Assembly (NCBI GenBank): GCA_951406725.2
Contig: OX597822.1
Span: forward strand, 113,088,001-113,152,000
Length of the DNA stretch: 64,000 bases
Direction: 5' to 3'
Source: Octopus vulgaris
Taxonomy: Eukaryota
A program made the position numbers and the translations under genes. Shown piece after piece: positions 41,065 through 54,340 of the stretch (position 1 is its first letter; the number at the start of each line of letters is the position of its first letter). Under the pieces are notes generated by a model. That model was not told the DNA's origin. It was given only the letters and a program-made list of their open reading frames with translations, and searched no databases.

Positions 41065-41703
41065 TGGAAAATTGAAAATATTAAATACGTGAGGAATTTT
41101 ATAAAATGCAACAATATGCCATCCTGTAAGTTGGCACGATCATTAGACCGTTGGAGAAAAGGCTTTATAGCCTTGCCCTCGATATTATTTTGTATGTTCT
41201 AATGACGTTGGGGGTTGTCTTTGTTTATCGTTTCCCTTTCTGGGATCGATAAAATAAAGTACTAGTCAAGTGCTGGGTCAACTCAACTGATTTTTTCTTC
41301 CCACCTCAAAATTTTAGTTTCGTGGCTATGTCAGAAATCTTATTTTGAGACGAGATAAATATATTTTAGGGAGAAATTGTGATAACTTAATTGTTCATAA
41401 AGTCAACAGCGGCATAAGAGGAGCGAGTTAAACTTAAATTTGGAACTGAAATTGCTAAGAGCCTACAAATTCTGTTTTATAAAATAGAATTTACATCACC
41501 TTTCTTTTTAATTGAGATTATTTATTAATACGGTCATTTAATTTAACACGAATGAGAAGAAATATGCTCGTGAAAGTATAGAAGTTGTACACCTCAAAAG
41601 GAAAATAAATGTATTTTTACACAAATTTAACTTTATAAAACAAGTGACTACTTTATCGCGTGACTATTCTATCCTTTATAAGTTTTAGTCATTTTCCTTT
41701 CAG

Positions 41704-42079
41704 TTCGGCGAACAAACAGAAAGCCTAAGTTTGCTATTTCGAAATTACTGAGCAAGAAGCAGGTAAAACTACTTTATTACATTCATTCATGAAGCTTGTT
41801 CTAAAAATAGCAAGACTTTGATTTTTGCCTGTGTTGTCTGTTACAGCAATTGAGGAGAGATGGAGAAATAATGATGAATGTTTTCGAGAAATCAAAGTAA
41901 CTCGAGGAATATAATACTGCTAGAAGCTGATGTTGGGGATGTCCTAAACCAATTACTGTCGTCAAAATATAGGATGAAACTTGCTATCAAAACGTAAAAT
42001 GAGAAAATAACGGAAATGAAAGCCCAATTGCGAAATCGCTTATCTTGGTCGTCTGCGAGCAAAGCAGAGATATTAAATG
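41704..42079 (+). pseudogene. Candidate decayed exon pair (41704-41762, 41847-42079)
   Basis: Good acceptors 'ttttcctttcag' and 'tgtctgttacag', donors 'cag|gtaaaa' and 'g|gtaaac'; the best spliced frame contains stops and a frameshift. Confidence 0.25.
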
Positions 42080-43082
42080 GTAAACTGTTAGCCTGAAACA
42101 AACTTCTAGGAATTGCCTGTGTAAATAAGAAACTGGTTTCTTTCGTAACTGAAACTGACTCACCAAAATTAAACTTTGATGTGCCAAGGTAAAATGAAAC
42201 CCTATTTAAAGAATTAAAGAATAGTAATCCTCATTCATGGTTGGAATTCAATGGTGCCTTCTACAATACGACTTTCTAATTGTGTCGGTTCTTAGTGGAC
42301 ACCGATGAAAAGAAATGACATGATGTGATATTCATAGAGTATGAATATAACTATACAATGGAAAAAGGAACAAATTAAATCAACGAAGATGGGTAGCTGG
42401 TGAGGTGACATGTCCTTAAGAAACACTTGAGGTTGGTTTGATACAAAAATAATCCCTTTTCTAGAAGGAAGCTGGGAGTTTAGCTGCGACATCTTTCTGG
42501 AGAATCGAAACCGCTAATCAGCTACAGTACAATAGGATTTGGAGAACATATTTCTCCCACAACAGCTTCATAAATGAAGATTTTTAATTGACCTAGACAT
42601 ATGACAAACAAAAGCAACAAATAAGTTTAGGTTGATGAATGAATTCTCATTTTATACATTCATTATTCCGAAAACCAATGCACTTATAGGAATTTGCTTC
42701 CATAAAATACGGAATTGGCAAGTGAATGAAACAATGTATTCAAGAGGAATTCTCATTGTTTATTTGAAATATATAGCTAAACCGTCAATATCGAAGACCC
42801 ACATATGTCTACCAAGCTGTTAGAGATTCATTCATCGAATAGAACAGTTATTCACTGTTGCAAATATTAAATTTATACCATAGAAAACTTCATTGGTAAA
42901 AGTGAATCGTAGATATGCTCAACCAGGACTGACCTGGGGCTAAACAATAACACAGACAACGCTCCAGAAAATTACCCCAACCGCTTGCTAAAGCAACTTT
43001 CTTTCTCCTCTCTCTCGCCCTCATCCTCACCCTCTTTCTCTCTGTCAAGCACGGTGAACATAAAGCTCACGCATACGGTATC

Positions 43083-43318
43083 AAGGCGGCGAGCTAGCAG
43101 AATCGTTAGCACGTCGGGCGAAATGCTTAGCGGTATTTCGGCTGCCGTTACGTTGTGAGTTCAAATTCCGCCAAGGTCGACTTTGCCTTTCATCCTTTCG
43201 GGGTCGATAAATTAAGTACCAGTTAATCACTGGGGTCGATATAATCGACTTAATACCTACGTCTATCCATGTTTGTCCCCTCTATGTTTAGCCCCTTGTG
43301 TGTAATAAAGAAATAGGT
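43083..43318 (+). mobile_element. SINE family C monomer
   Basis: Head, Meta-like core and 'agccccttgtg..aaatagg' end. Confidence 0.9.
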
Positions 43319-43656
43319 ATCAATAGCCACACTACCATCAAATACTAGGCTACAGTGCACAGCACCAACTACAAGCGCAGAGATATATCAAGGATCATTC
43401 CCCGGTCTATCATGGTTTTATCGCCTCCGCTGGATATGCAGATACAGAAATCGATTGCAGAATATTAAGAGCACAAAATACATCCTTAAGATTCCTCAAT
43501 GTAAACCAGAAGGTGCAATATGGTCCTCAATTAGGTTTTTAAGGGGAAAAAACTAACGATAAGTAAGTTGTATCAAGTCTTTCAGTCGATTCCCTACGTG
43601 TCATTCGTCTGCTCGATCAAATCGAACCTGGCGCTTCACAACAACAATAACAGCAA

Positions 43657-43890
43657 CCTATTTCTTTACTAAACACAAGGGGTTAAACACAGAGAGGACA
43701 AACAAGGACAGACAAACGGATTAAGTCGATTACTACGACCCCAGTGCGTGACTGGTACTCATTTAATCGACCCCGAAAGGATGAAAGACAAAGTCGACCT
43801 CGGCGGAATTTGAACTAAGAACGTAGCGGCAGACGAAATACTGCTAAGCATTTCGCCCGACGCGCTAACGCTTCTGCCAGCTCGCCGCCT
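43657..43890 (-). mobile_element. SINE family C monomer
   Basis: Reverse complement of the family C consensus. Confidence 0.9.
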
Positions 43891-45349
43891 TTTTAACTGC
43901 TATAACCGTAGAGCCCCCACCGCCCACTTATGCAATCTACCACTTCAAGTTGCATTAATTAGTCGCCAACATTCCGCCTATCAGCCAGCATCGACATTGA
44001 GAGGCATCCACCTGTCATCAAATTTCCTGCAAGGTGATTTCAGGAGATCAAAAGATTGTTTGCACGCAGCGTACAACCTGTAAATGGTCTACTCACTCAA
44101 ACTGCAAAGAGGTATACTGATCTCATGTGTTGGGGATACTCATCAGTTTCTCACTATCCTATTACTCTATACTCCTTACTCAAGATACTCTCATAAACAG
44201 TAACTAAAGGCAAAGTTATATTTCCTACTCGATTTTATCCCAATTTTTTCTTGAATAAAAAAATGTACGAAATGTTCACATTTTATTGATTAGTTCAACC
44301 GAGAAGAGGTCGGGCCTGAGTTTCTGCTACGAATACTATGACATAGTATGTTCCTAATACAGTCTCTTACTTCCCTGCTCTCTCTCTCTCTTTTTAACTA
44401 CCTCTTTCTCTCCCCCCTCTCTTTCTCTATCTTTCTCCTCGTCCTTCTCTTCCCTCTATCTATCTTTCGACTTTAACACACACACACACATATATACATA
44501 ACTCACTGCCTCAAATATTAGGCTTCCTTTCCAAATCGTTTGATGTCTCTCTGCAAAATTCATTGTCCCCACAACACACACTTTAGAATACAGCTAATAG
44601 ATATGAAGAAGTGGAGTCGGTACACAATCAACACTTTAGATTGTATCCTAAAAAAAAAGCTACACTTATGATTAGCAAAACCTCACTCATCAACCCATTA
44701 CAACCCTAAGCTTCTAAAGCGCTCCTCTGATGTCTTTCTGTCTTTATTATGATTATTAAAATTATTCCAATTCCTCTCTATTAAGCTGTGTATTCCTAGC
44801 ACTAAGCCCACTTTACAGCCTGATTAGATCCTGTACTAGACATTTGACCAATCCTTCTCTCCCTCCAACACAGTACTGACACCTTGTGTGTTCGCCCTGC
44901 CTACGATTTTTCAATAGACATCAATCTTCAAAACGAACATAAAATAGACCGATCCCATGTAAAGATTATCTATACTGTTACACCTCCTGGTATCAGATTA
45001 TAATTTTATGACACATTCAGTGAGCTTTTAGAAAACGTTCTGGTACAAACCAATAGTAATATTTTTTTGTTTATTTTTATATTAATTTCAGCGCTTGGAG
45101 AATCTATCAAACACTGATTCAGAATCCAAAAACTTAAATTCGCGGCTCCATTAACTCCTAACTTAAATTTTGCAGTTTTAACTTCATCTTAGTCGTCTAC
45201 TGAAAGGAAATAAAACCGTATAAGTACAACCAGCATCTCTGAGCCACCGAGCCAGTTTGTACATGTAGGTTATTCTTGGCAAATTAGACGAAGACGAAAT
45301 TACTAGTTTATTGAAGTGACACAATTTGAAGAGTTAGACGCAATCTTAA

Positions 45350-45691
45350 ATCGATCCGTACTATACCTGTTACTTATTTTATCGATTGCAAGGTGATGAA
45401 AATTAAGTCTACAAAAGTATGGTTTTAATTCAGGATGTAAATGGGCGAAATTTAATACCTATTCCTTTACTACCCACAAGGGGCTAAACACAGAGAGGAC
45501 AAACAAGGACAGACAAACGGATTAAGTCGATAACATCGACCCCAGTGCGTAACTGGTACTTATTTAATCGACCCCGAAAGGATGAAAGGCAAAGTCGACC
45601 TCGGCGGAATTTGAACTCAGAACGTAGCGGCAGACGAAATACCGCTAAGCATTTCGCCCGGCACGTTAACGATTCTGCCAGCTCGCCGCCT
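45350..45691 (-). mobile_element. SINE family C, young monomer adjoining a diverged remnant
   Basis: 45457-45691 is a near-consensus copy; 45350-45455 is diverged. Confidence 0.85.
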
Positions 45692-45934
45692 TTCAATACC
45701 GCTTACAATATCGTTTCTCCTACCCTAATCCATGAACTTTCAGAGCACAAACCAATCCTGCTCCTAATTCTACTGATTGCCAACTATGACACAGTCTCAG
45801 ACATCACATTCACATTTTTTGGCAGTGCAGAAACAGTAAAACCACTCAAATTATGATAATTTATAATGTTAGTAGCTAATGTTGAAAACCTAATGGTTTA
45901 TTTATATTATGACTCATTTAACTAGAGAAATATG

Positions 45935-46170
45935 TATTTATTTCTTTACTGCCCACAAGGGGCTAAACATAGAGGAGACAAACAAGGACAGACAAACGGA
46001 TTAAGTCGATTATATCGACCCCAGTGCGTAACTGGTACTTATTTAATCGACCCCGAAAGGATGAAAGGCAAAGTCGACCTCAGCGGAATTTGAACTCAGA
46101 ACGTAACGATAGACGAAATAGCGCTAAGCATTTCGCCCGGCGCGCTAATGTTTCTGCCAACTCGCCGCCT
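45935..46170 (-). mobile_element. SINE family C monomer
   Basis: Near-consensus copy; 'taactaga(g/c)aaatatg' on both flanks is a candidate TSD. Confidence 0.9.
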
Positions 46171-46486
46171 GTAACTAGACAAATATGATAAAGCAAGTAT
46201 TTCCATAATGATTATACATTGATTCCAGTGAAGCACGTGGTTGTATTGGTTGATGTCAGTTTTCTTTCTATTACAACTATCTGCATGTATATTGGGCGTT
46301 GTCCCCGCACTTATTATGAAACTATAAATGTTGTTACAAGAGAATCAATTGGCATAGTTTCACAGAAACACTTCTATCATTTCAGTTTACCCTCGATAAA
46401 AACGCAGAATCTTCATTAAAAAAAACCCTCCAAATTATCACTATCTAACTCAGGCATCATTTGGAATAAAATTATTCACAAACATA

Positions 46487-46905
46487 GGCGCAGGAGTGGC
46501 TGTGTGGTAAGTAGCTTGCTAACCAACCACATGGTTCCGGGTTCAGTCCCACTGCGTGGCATCTTCGGCAAGTGTCTTCTACTATAGCCCCGGGCCGACC
46601 AATGCCTTGTGAGTGGATTTGGTAGACGGAAACTGAAAGAAGCCCGTCGTATATATGTATATATATATATGTATGTGTGTGTGTTTGTGTGTCTGTGTTT
46701 GTTCCCCTAGCATTGGTTGACAACCGATGCTGGTGTGTTTACGTCCCCGTCACTTAGCAGTTCGGCAAAAAGAGACCGATTGAATAAGTACTGGGCTTAC
46801 AAAAAGAATAAGTCCCGGGGTCGATTTGCTCGACTAAAGGCGGTGCTCCAGCATGGCCGCAGTCAAATGAATGAAACAAGGAAAAGAGTAAAAGAGTAAA
46901 GAGTA
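46487..46905 (+). mobile_element. SINE family B, full length (tRNA-like head, internal microsatellite, (TAAAAGAG)n tail)
   Basis: A box 'tggctgtgtgg', B box 'gggttcagtccc', tandem 'gtaaaagag' tail. Confidence 0.92.
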
Positions 46906-47206
46906 AATTAAAAATCCATTTGAGTTAGCAGTATTCTATTACTAACTATTACTAAAGAGTATTGAGAGACAAAATTCACAAAGTTACCTCTGTTTCGTAA
47001 TTCTAGCTCAGCATCATTGAAAACACTTCCGACTATTACGAATATTTTCTGACTTTAAAACTTAAATCTTAAACTTAAATCAAAGTTTTAAATGGTTTAA
47101 ATTTACTTTTAAATCATCTTATTTCTTACAAAGACATGGATAAATTTGACAAAGTAAGTTATAACTTTAAATGTCATTTTCCTTTTTGCTAAAACTTTAA
47201 CGAAGA

Positions 47207-47380
47207 GTTGTGTATGGGGAGAGTCATTTTCTTTTTGTGCCTTATAATGTAACACACTCACCGGTAAAATTTCCACTTTTTTCTTATTTTATTTTCCTTT
47301 TCTCCTAAAATTTTCGTTGCGTCTTGCAACCTTTTCAATAGTTTTGACACAAAAAGAAAATGGCTCTCCCCAGACACAAC
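47207..47380. mobile_element. Small fold-back element with 33-bp inverted termini and a hammerhead-like relic
   Basis: 'gttgtgtatggggagagtcattttctttttgtg' versus 'cacaaaaagaaaatggctctccccagacacaac'. Confidence 0.6.
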
Positions 47381-48279
47381 AGAATATGCTTCAAAACACG
47401 AACTCATATAAAGAATCTTGCAAACTAAATCCAAAACCGAAATTTAACGAAGAGATTTTAAGCGAAATTAGAATTTTGATTCGATGGGAGTTTACTTTCC
47501 ACTGCAATACTTTCCACTTTTCCCTATGCATAAAAAAATTCTTCTAACAACAATACACGAATACCAATTTCAAGAGCGAGACAGTCAAATATTTTTGATT
47601 ATTCCATGTAGCACGATTTCATTATGGACTCCATTGACCTTTGGGCGTTGAGGGACAATAGTGCAAAACACTGAAATCGACGCTTTAGCGCTTCTGCGAT
47701 CCACCAACAGTTTGTTGTTGACACAGAAGAATGAAATCTATAAATACTCTATTAATTTCTCATTTTCTTATTTCTACCATTTCATAATCTACCGATTAAC
47801 AACAACAATATTTTCAAAGATAACATTGTGTGTCCTGAGACCAGAAACCTCTAGTGTCTGTATACATTACAAAATGCTTACCCTGTAACACACCACCTAC
47901 ATTCAATAAATTCTATTGTAAAACTGTTTTAGGGGCATGTACCTGAAGTGAATGTCAAATAATCACTTTTATTGTATGAAGAATCCACTCCAGTACATTA
48001 TATGTTTTTTTCTCTTTTTTTCTCCTTGTCATCTGTATGTAAATGAGTATGCACGTATATGTTTATAGTGAAAACATTTCAGTTTTTATGCAGACACACA
48101 GGACATACGAAAAACAATCAGACGTGAACACCTCCTGGGTACTTATGACTCTCTCATATGTTATTTTTTTAATCTGAATTCCCATTTGGTTTAAATATAA
48201 ACATTCATTCTCCGTTTACTCCTAGATTAATTCTATAATATTTAATTCTATATTAGTGTAGCCGAGTACATATATACAT

Positions 48280-48283
48280 ATGC

Positions 48284-48316
<33 letters not shown>

Positions 48317-48809
48317 TGTATGTATGTATGTATGTATGTATGTATGTATGTATGTATGTATGTATGTATGTATGTGTGTGTGTGTGTATGTTTGTATGTA
48401 TGTATGTGTGTGTGTATGTATGTATGTATGTATGTATGTATGCATGTATGTATGTATGTATGTATGTATGTATGAATGTATGTATGTATGTATGAATGTA
48501 TGTATGTATGCATGTATGCATGTATGTATGCATGTATGTATGCATGTATGTATGTATGCGTGTGTATGTATGTATGTATGAATGTATGTATGCATGTATG
48601 TATGTATGTATGTATGTATTAATGTATGCATGCATGTATGTATGTATGTATGTATGCATGTATGTATGCGTGTGTATGTATGTATGTATGTATGTATGTA
48701 TGTATGTATGTATGTATGTATGTATGTATGTATGTATGTATGTATGTATGTATGTATGTATGTATGTATGTATGTATATATGTATGTATGTATGTATGTG
48801 TGTATGTAC

Positions 48810-48840
<31 letters not shown>

Positions 48841-49060
48841 TGCATGTATGTATGCGTGTGTATGTATGTATGTATGTATGTATGTATGTATGTATGTATG
48901 TATGTATGTATGCATGTATGTATGTATTAATGTATGTATGCATGTATGTATGCGTGTGTGTATGTATGCATGTATGTATGCGTGTGTGTATGTATGTATG
49001 TATGAATGTATGTATGTATGTATGTATGTATGTATGTGTGTGTGTGTGTGTGTATGTATG
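48280..49060. repeat. (TATG)n microsatellite
   Basis: Direct inspection. Confidence 0.98.
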
Positions 49061-49294
49061 CATTATCATTATATCATTTGCCGCTCACACTATTCCTAAT
49101 CCAAAATGATACGGTGTAGTCAAACATAAATTCACGAATGATAAGAAACAAAAATAAGAATTATATATCATTGTATAATATAGTCTACATTCGTGACAAT
49201 AAATAACATTAAATTAACATTTATACACAGTAATAATATTAATTTATATACAATAAACACACTTAATATTCTGTAGAAATTGTATTTGCAATAG

Positions 49295-49463
49295 ATACGA
49301 GAGAGATATTCCAGTCGATGTCATTGTTTACGCTTTGGCCCAAATTAAAGCAAAAAGTGGAAGAGGGATCTACTGCGACAGCAGAGACAATCAGAAAGCT
49401 GTCCAAACAGACAACGTACATGTGGTTTTGTCGTACCGAAACTTCAATGACGTCACCATCTAA
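49295..49463 (+). CDS. Candidate terminal coding exon of an unidentified gene
   Basis: After 'tgtatttgcaatag', a phase-2 open frame YERDIPVDVIVYALAQIKAKSGRGIYCDSRDNQKAVQTDNVHVVLSYRNFNDVTI*; AATAAA near 49543 and 49568; no homology recognised. Confidence 0.25.
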
Positions 49464-49954
49464 GCGATCTTATCAATGGTTCAATGACTGTCAGCTCTCA
49501 CTTCAAAGCCCATTCAGTACAGTCTTCAAACATTTAGGAGTTAATAAATACTTAACGTTTAGCAGTAAATAAATACACACGAAACAGTTGTACTATTCCT
49601 TTTTCATTTCACAAAAATATGCCATTTTATGAATGAATAGACGCTTCCCTTTACGACGAAATGGCAAATCTCGGCTCGTTTAAAATTCACAAGAGTTACA
49701 CACGTGTTAAACGTGAACTTCCAATTAAATTTTTGATTCTTTTTATGCTGCGAACAAGTTCTCAATTAATTAAGATTTCTTGAAGCGATACAATTGTTGA
49801 CAAACTACAGAAATTACTAGAAGCCATCCAACTCCTTGTATTCGTAGGGAAATTAAGGTTTTAGGAAGTTCATCTCCATGTTTCTATGGATGAATGGATC
49901 AAGTAATGCTTGGTGAAAAATCTTATGATTTCATATTATTCATCTTCATCTTTT

Positions 49955-50352
49955 AATCTTTACTTGTTTCAGTCATTGGACCCCGGCCATGCTGGGGTAC
50001 CACCTTGGAGGGTTTAGTCTAATAAATCAACCCTAGTACTTATCTTTTAAGTCTGGTACTTATTCTATCGGTGTCTTTTACCCAACCGCTAAGTTACGGA
50101 AAAGTAAACGAACTAATTCCGGCATTCAAGTGATAGTGGGGACAAACAAAAATACAAAGTCACACACACACACGCACACGTACGCACACACACACACACA
50201 TACAAACACACACGCACACACACACACACACACATACACACATAATGGGCTTCCACGCAATTTCTGCTTACCGTATTCACTCAAAAGGCTTCGATTGGCC
50301 TGAAACTTGTTTGCAAAGTGAGCTTCTGAACTCCATAGCCATGCCTGCACCA
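49955..50352 (-). mobile_element. Diverged SINE family B copy
   Basis: 'ttacttgtttcagtcattg..ggccatgctgg..tacttattctatcgg..ccgctaagttacgg'. Confidence 0.75.
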
Positions 50353-50870
50353 CGAATACAAATGTGTAGAGAGTATATGTAAAGCATTCATTTTGATACT
50401 ATTTCAACAGCAGGTTGCATTATTTCACTGCATACATGTGGTTTTGTTCTACTGCATCCTTCAAAACTTCCATGCTTCCTGAGATTCGCCAACACTACAC
50501 CTGATTTTCTCCCCTCCATACACACGCAAGCATGTATCTGACTCATACACTGTTCACTTTCCAGACATTTGTTCATTACTGCATATGCTTTATACGCACT
50601 TTTGACAAGTTGTGGTGCACCTGAGCACTGTATACAATCATTTCATTATCATTATATAACCCAATATATTTTATTACAGTCAGTACTCTGGGACATCCTC
50701 TTCATCATTTGTCAACTGAAGATTGCACTGATGTTGACAAGTCGTTACCGTACCACAAACTCATGAGCTGCTGTGTATTACTAATGCTACCAGAGAAGGC
50801 ACAAGTATTTTTTTAACTCACACTGAAAGAGGTTCTTTCCTTTGTTTCCCTTGTAGAACATTATCTTTAT

Positions 50871-51254
50871 TGGAGGCGCAATGGCCCAGTGGTTAGGGCA
50901 GCGGACTCGCGGTCATAGGATCGCGGTTTCGATTCCCAGACCGGGCGTTGTGAGTGTTTATTGAGCGAAAAACACCTAAAGCTCTACGAGGCTCCGACAG
51001 GGGATGGTGGTGGTCCCTGCTGTATTCTTTAACCACAACTTTCTCTCACTCTTACTTCCTGTTTCTGTTGTACCTGAATTTCAAAGGGCCGGCCTTGTCA
51101 CTCTCTGTGTCACGCTGAATATCCCCGAGAACTACGTTAAGGGTACACGTGTCTGTGGGGTGCTCAGCCACTTACACGTTAATTTCACGAGTAGGCTGTT
51201 CCGTTGATTCGAATCAACCGGAACCCTCGTCGTCGTAACCGACGGAGTGCTTCC
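50871..51254 (+). mobile_element. SINE family A, full length
   Basis: Near-identical to 12482-12864; TSD 'cattatctttat(tgg)'. Confidence 0.93.
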
Positions 51255-51322
51255 ATTATCTTTATTGGTTATCGACTGCAAATCACAACTCCAACAGAAT
51301 TATACTGCTTGTCTAGTTGGGG

Positions 51323-51451
51323 TCGGCAGGCGTTCGACCGGCGGCGAACGATCGACTCCGAACTGATACGGACCGCGGGAATCCGACTGTCTAATTAAAA
51401 CAGAGCATCACGTAGCCGGCCGAGCCGCACAGACGCGATGTGATTTCTGCC
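51323..51451 (+). pseudogene. Isolated 28S rRNA fragment
   Basis: 'gaactgatacggaccgcgggaatccgactgtctaattaaaacagagcatc..gacgcgatgtgatttctgcc' matches the conserved eukaryotic LSU segment GGGAATCCGACTGTTTAATTAAAACAAAGCAT..GACGCGATGTGATTTCTGCCC. Confidence 0.85.
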
Positions 51452-51980
51452 TAATCGTTTAAACTGTAATCAGTGACAATATACATTGATTACAATTCAA
51501 TTAATCAAAAACGAAAAACAAAGAGAACACTCTATAATAAACTATTAATTAATTAATCTAGTTTGTCAGCGCATACACTATGAATTAAACGGATGTATTT
51601 AGTTTAATAAATTAGCAGAAACTAATCAACTTTCTGTGAATAGATAATGTGAATGGAAATGTTTTCTCTAATGAAGATCTAACAACATGATAAAGTATCA
51701 AATTTATCCCGATTCGAATTCGTTGAGAGTAAACCGAGTATACGGCACCGATGAGCAGAAAAAAACTGCGAAATATTCATATCTGTCGTTCTCAACTACC
51801 TCTGGGGCAATTGGTTTTACCTGGCTTTGAAGCATACTTTGTGTTTTTAGCACTCTACCTTTTTAAAGGAAATTTCCATGGATGATATTCCGCAGACAAA
51901 AAGCGTTTGACAGAGCACATACTTTAAGCATGTGACATCCGTAATGTTTGCATTATATAGCTGCTTCTAACACTATATAT

Positions 51981-52392
51981 ACTCTTTTACTCTTTCTCTT
52001 GTTTCAGTCATTTGACTGCGGCCATGCTGGAGCACCGCCTTTAGTCGAGCAAATCGACCCCGGGACTTATTCTTTGTAAGCCCAGTACTTATTCTATCGG
52101 TCTCTTTTGCCGAACCGCTAAGTGACGGCGACGTAAACACACCAGCATCAGTTGTCAAGCAATGCTAGGGGGACAAACACAGACACAGAAACATATACAC
52201 ACACACACTTATATATATATACATATATACGACGGGCTTCTTTCAGTTTCCGTCTACCAAATCCACTCACAAGGCATTGGTCGGCCCGGGGCTATAGCAG
52301 AAGATACTTGCCCAAGATGCCACGCAGTGGGACTGAACCCGGAACCATGTGGTTGGTAAGCAAGCTACTTACCACACAGCCACTCTTGCGCC
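51981..52392 (-). mobile_element. SINE family B, full length
   Basis: Near-identical reverse complement of 46487-46905. Confidence 0.92.
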
Positions 52393-52419
52393 ATATATAT
52401 ATCTATATATATATATATA

Positions 52420-53853
52420 TCGTCGGTAAAACATGTATCCGAAAAAGAAGCACACTCTAAGTTGTAGAACAATATATTATATTAAGTTAGATAAGGCTGG
52501 TTTATGGGGTTACTCTGGGTTTCACGCTCATAAAGCGCTTATCTTTACAGCGTATCATCGGATCCCAGCTTCTGCTGTTGTTGATACTATTGCTGTTGAT
52601 GTTGGCGTCATTGGAAGTGGCGATGGTGCTAGTGCCATAACTACTGGTGTTGGTAACGGTGGTGCTGTTGTTGTTATGGTAATCGTCGTTGATGGAGGCG
52701 CTGTCACTGTTGTTATAGATATCATTGGTGATGTCTCTGCTGCTATTTCGTTAGGAATACTTCCATTGTTGTCGGTGATGTTGTTATTATTGTTATCGTT
52801 GGCGATGGTGCTGCCGCCGGTCCTGTTTGTATCTCTGCTGCTGCTACTATTGGTAATGTCATCCCTGCTATTGAAGTGGCCGTTGAAAAAGCTGTTGCTG
52901 TTGCTGCTTGTTTGTTTGTTTGTTGTGCGAAGCGGTGTTCGTCCCAGAGTGGGAGAAGTCCGAAACGTGGTCCTTTGCTATTCGTAAGACCCGCAGAAAA
53001 GAAAGCAGGTCAACCCCCGACACCGAGAGCATCGACGGATGGATTAATACGCATCCAGGCTCAGCGGTTTCGTAGGAAGTCGGGGACAAGAAACAGGAAG
53101 AAAGAGTAAGAGAGAGATGGAGCGAAAGAGTACAACAGGGGTCGCCACCACCCCCTGCCGGAGCCACGTGGAGTTTTAGGTGTTTCCGCTCAATAAACAC
53201 ACACAACGCCCGGTCTGGGAATCGAAACTGCGATCCTCCGACCGCGAGTCCACTGCTGTTGCTGCTGCTATTAGGGTCAGCCAGTACCTCAGCTTCATAG
53301 ATGATTCCCTTGGTTACGCAGTGGCCTCTCACTGGGCATCTCTTGTGGTGCTTGCATGAGCATCCTGCCTCCGCTCGTGGTCTAGCGGTGCTAGCTAGAA
53401 TGCTCTTAATATTGGGGGCACAACTAAAAGAGACCTTAATGTTGTACCTATTGAAAATGCGTCCGTACCTATGTGAACGTGTGGAATGTTTATCTATTAA
53501 CTTAAGGAATATCCAACCTACAGACGTTTTTTTTTACTTTAAGAGAGAAGGGGCAGGGAAACCAAATGATATTTCTGCGACGCTTCCTTCTACGGATGTT
53601 GGGGCCCCGCATGTAAGGGATACGGTCCTTAAATCTACTAGCAGCTACAGCCTCGTTATAGTAGAGGGCTACTGCATCAAAAATCATTTGGCTGGAGGAA
53701 ATGTTTGGGAACTTCTTGCTAACACCCTTCACCAGGTTTTTGAACACAATGGGTGGGCGACAAAAGAGTATGTTAATGTTTGTTAGCCTCTCATTTGGCT
53801 AAGCGCTTTATGGACGTGAAACCCAGGGCAATTCCACAAACCGGCCTTAACTA

Positions 53854-53857
<4 letters not shown>
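52420..53857 (-). mobile_element. Deleted Penelope-like element (P6-related) with inverted termini and a nested SINE-A
   Basis: Minus-strand 'RRKRRRNIIWFPCPFSLKVK' and 'CSCKHHKRCPVRGHCVTKGIIYEAEV' match the PLE RT-thumb/Zn-linker/GIY-YIG start; 52484-52540 is inverted relative to 53797-53857. Confidence 0.8.
52925..53252 (-). mobile_element. SINE family A head with a third type of 3' tail
   Basis: Reverse complement 'gactcgcggtcggaggatcgcagtttcgattcccagaccgggcgttg' followed by a distinct tail ending in (CAAA)n. Confidence 0.85.
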
Positions 53858-53938
<81 letters not shown>

Positions 53939-54070
53939 AAATAGAAAGATGAATTTTCTTGTAACAGATTATTCAAAGGTTTAACCGATACCTGGGTAGC
54001 AAAAATCACAGCGGTAATAAAAGGTATTCTGTACAATCTTCGTTCAACTCCATTTATTCCATTCACTATT

Positions 54071-54174
<104 letters not shown>

Positions 54175-54272
54175 AATGTAATATGTGACAATTATTCGGT
54201 AGCCAAGATAAATTCCTCTATTTACATAATATCGAGGTCTCTTTATTTCTTCTGTTATCTTACCGTTTTTAT

Positions 54273-54330
<58 letters not shown>

Positions 54331-54340
<10 letters not shown>

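Noticed and set aside
52433-52987. 184-aa Val/Gly/Leu-rich ORF resembling a membrane protein
   Set aside because: Degenerate (GTT/GCT/GAT)n low-complexity tract bridging a PLE terminus and a SINE tail
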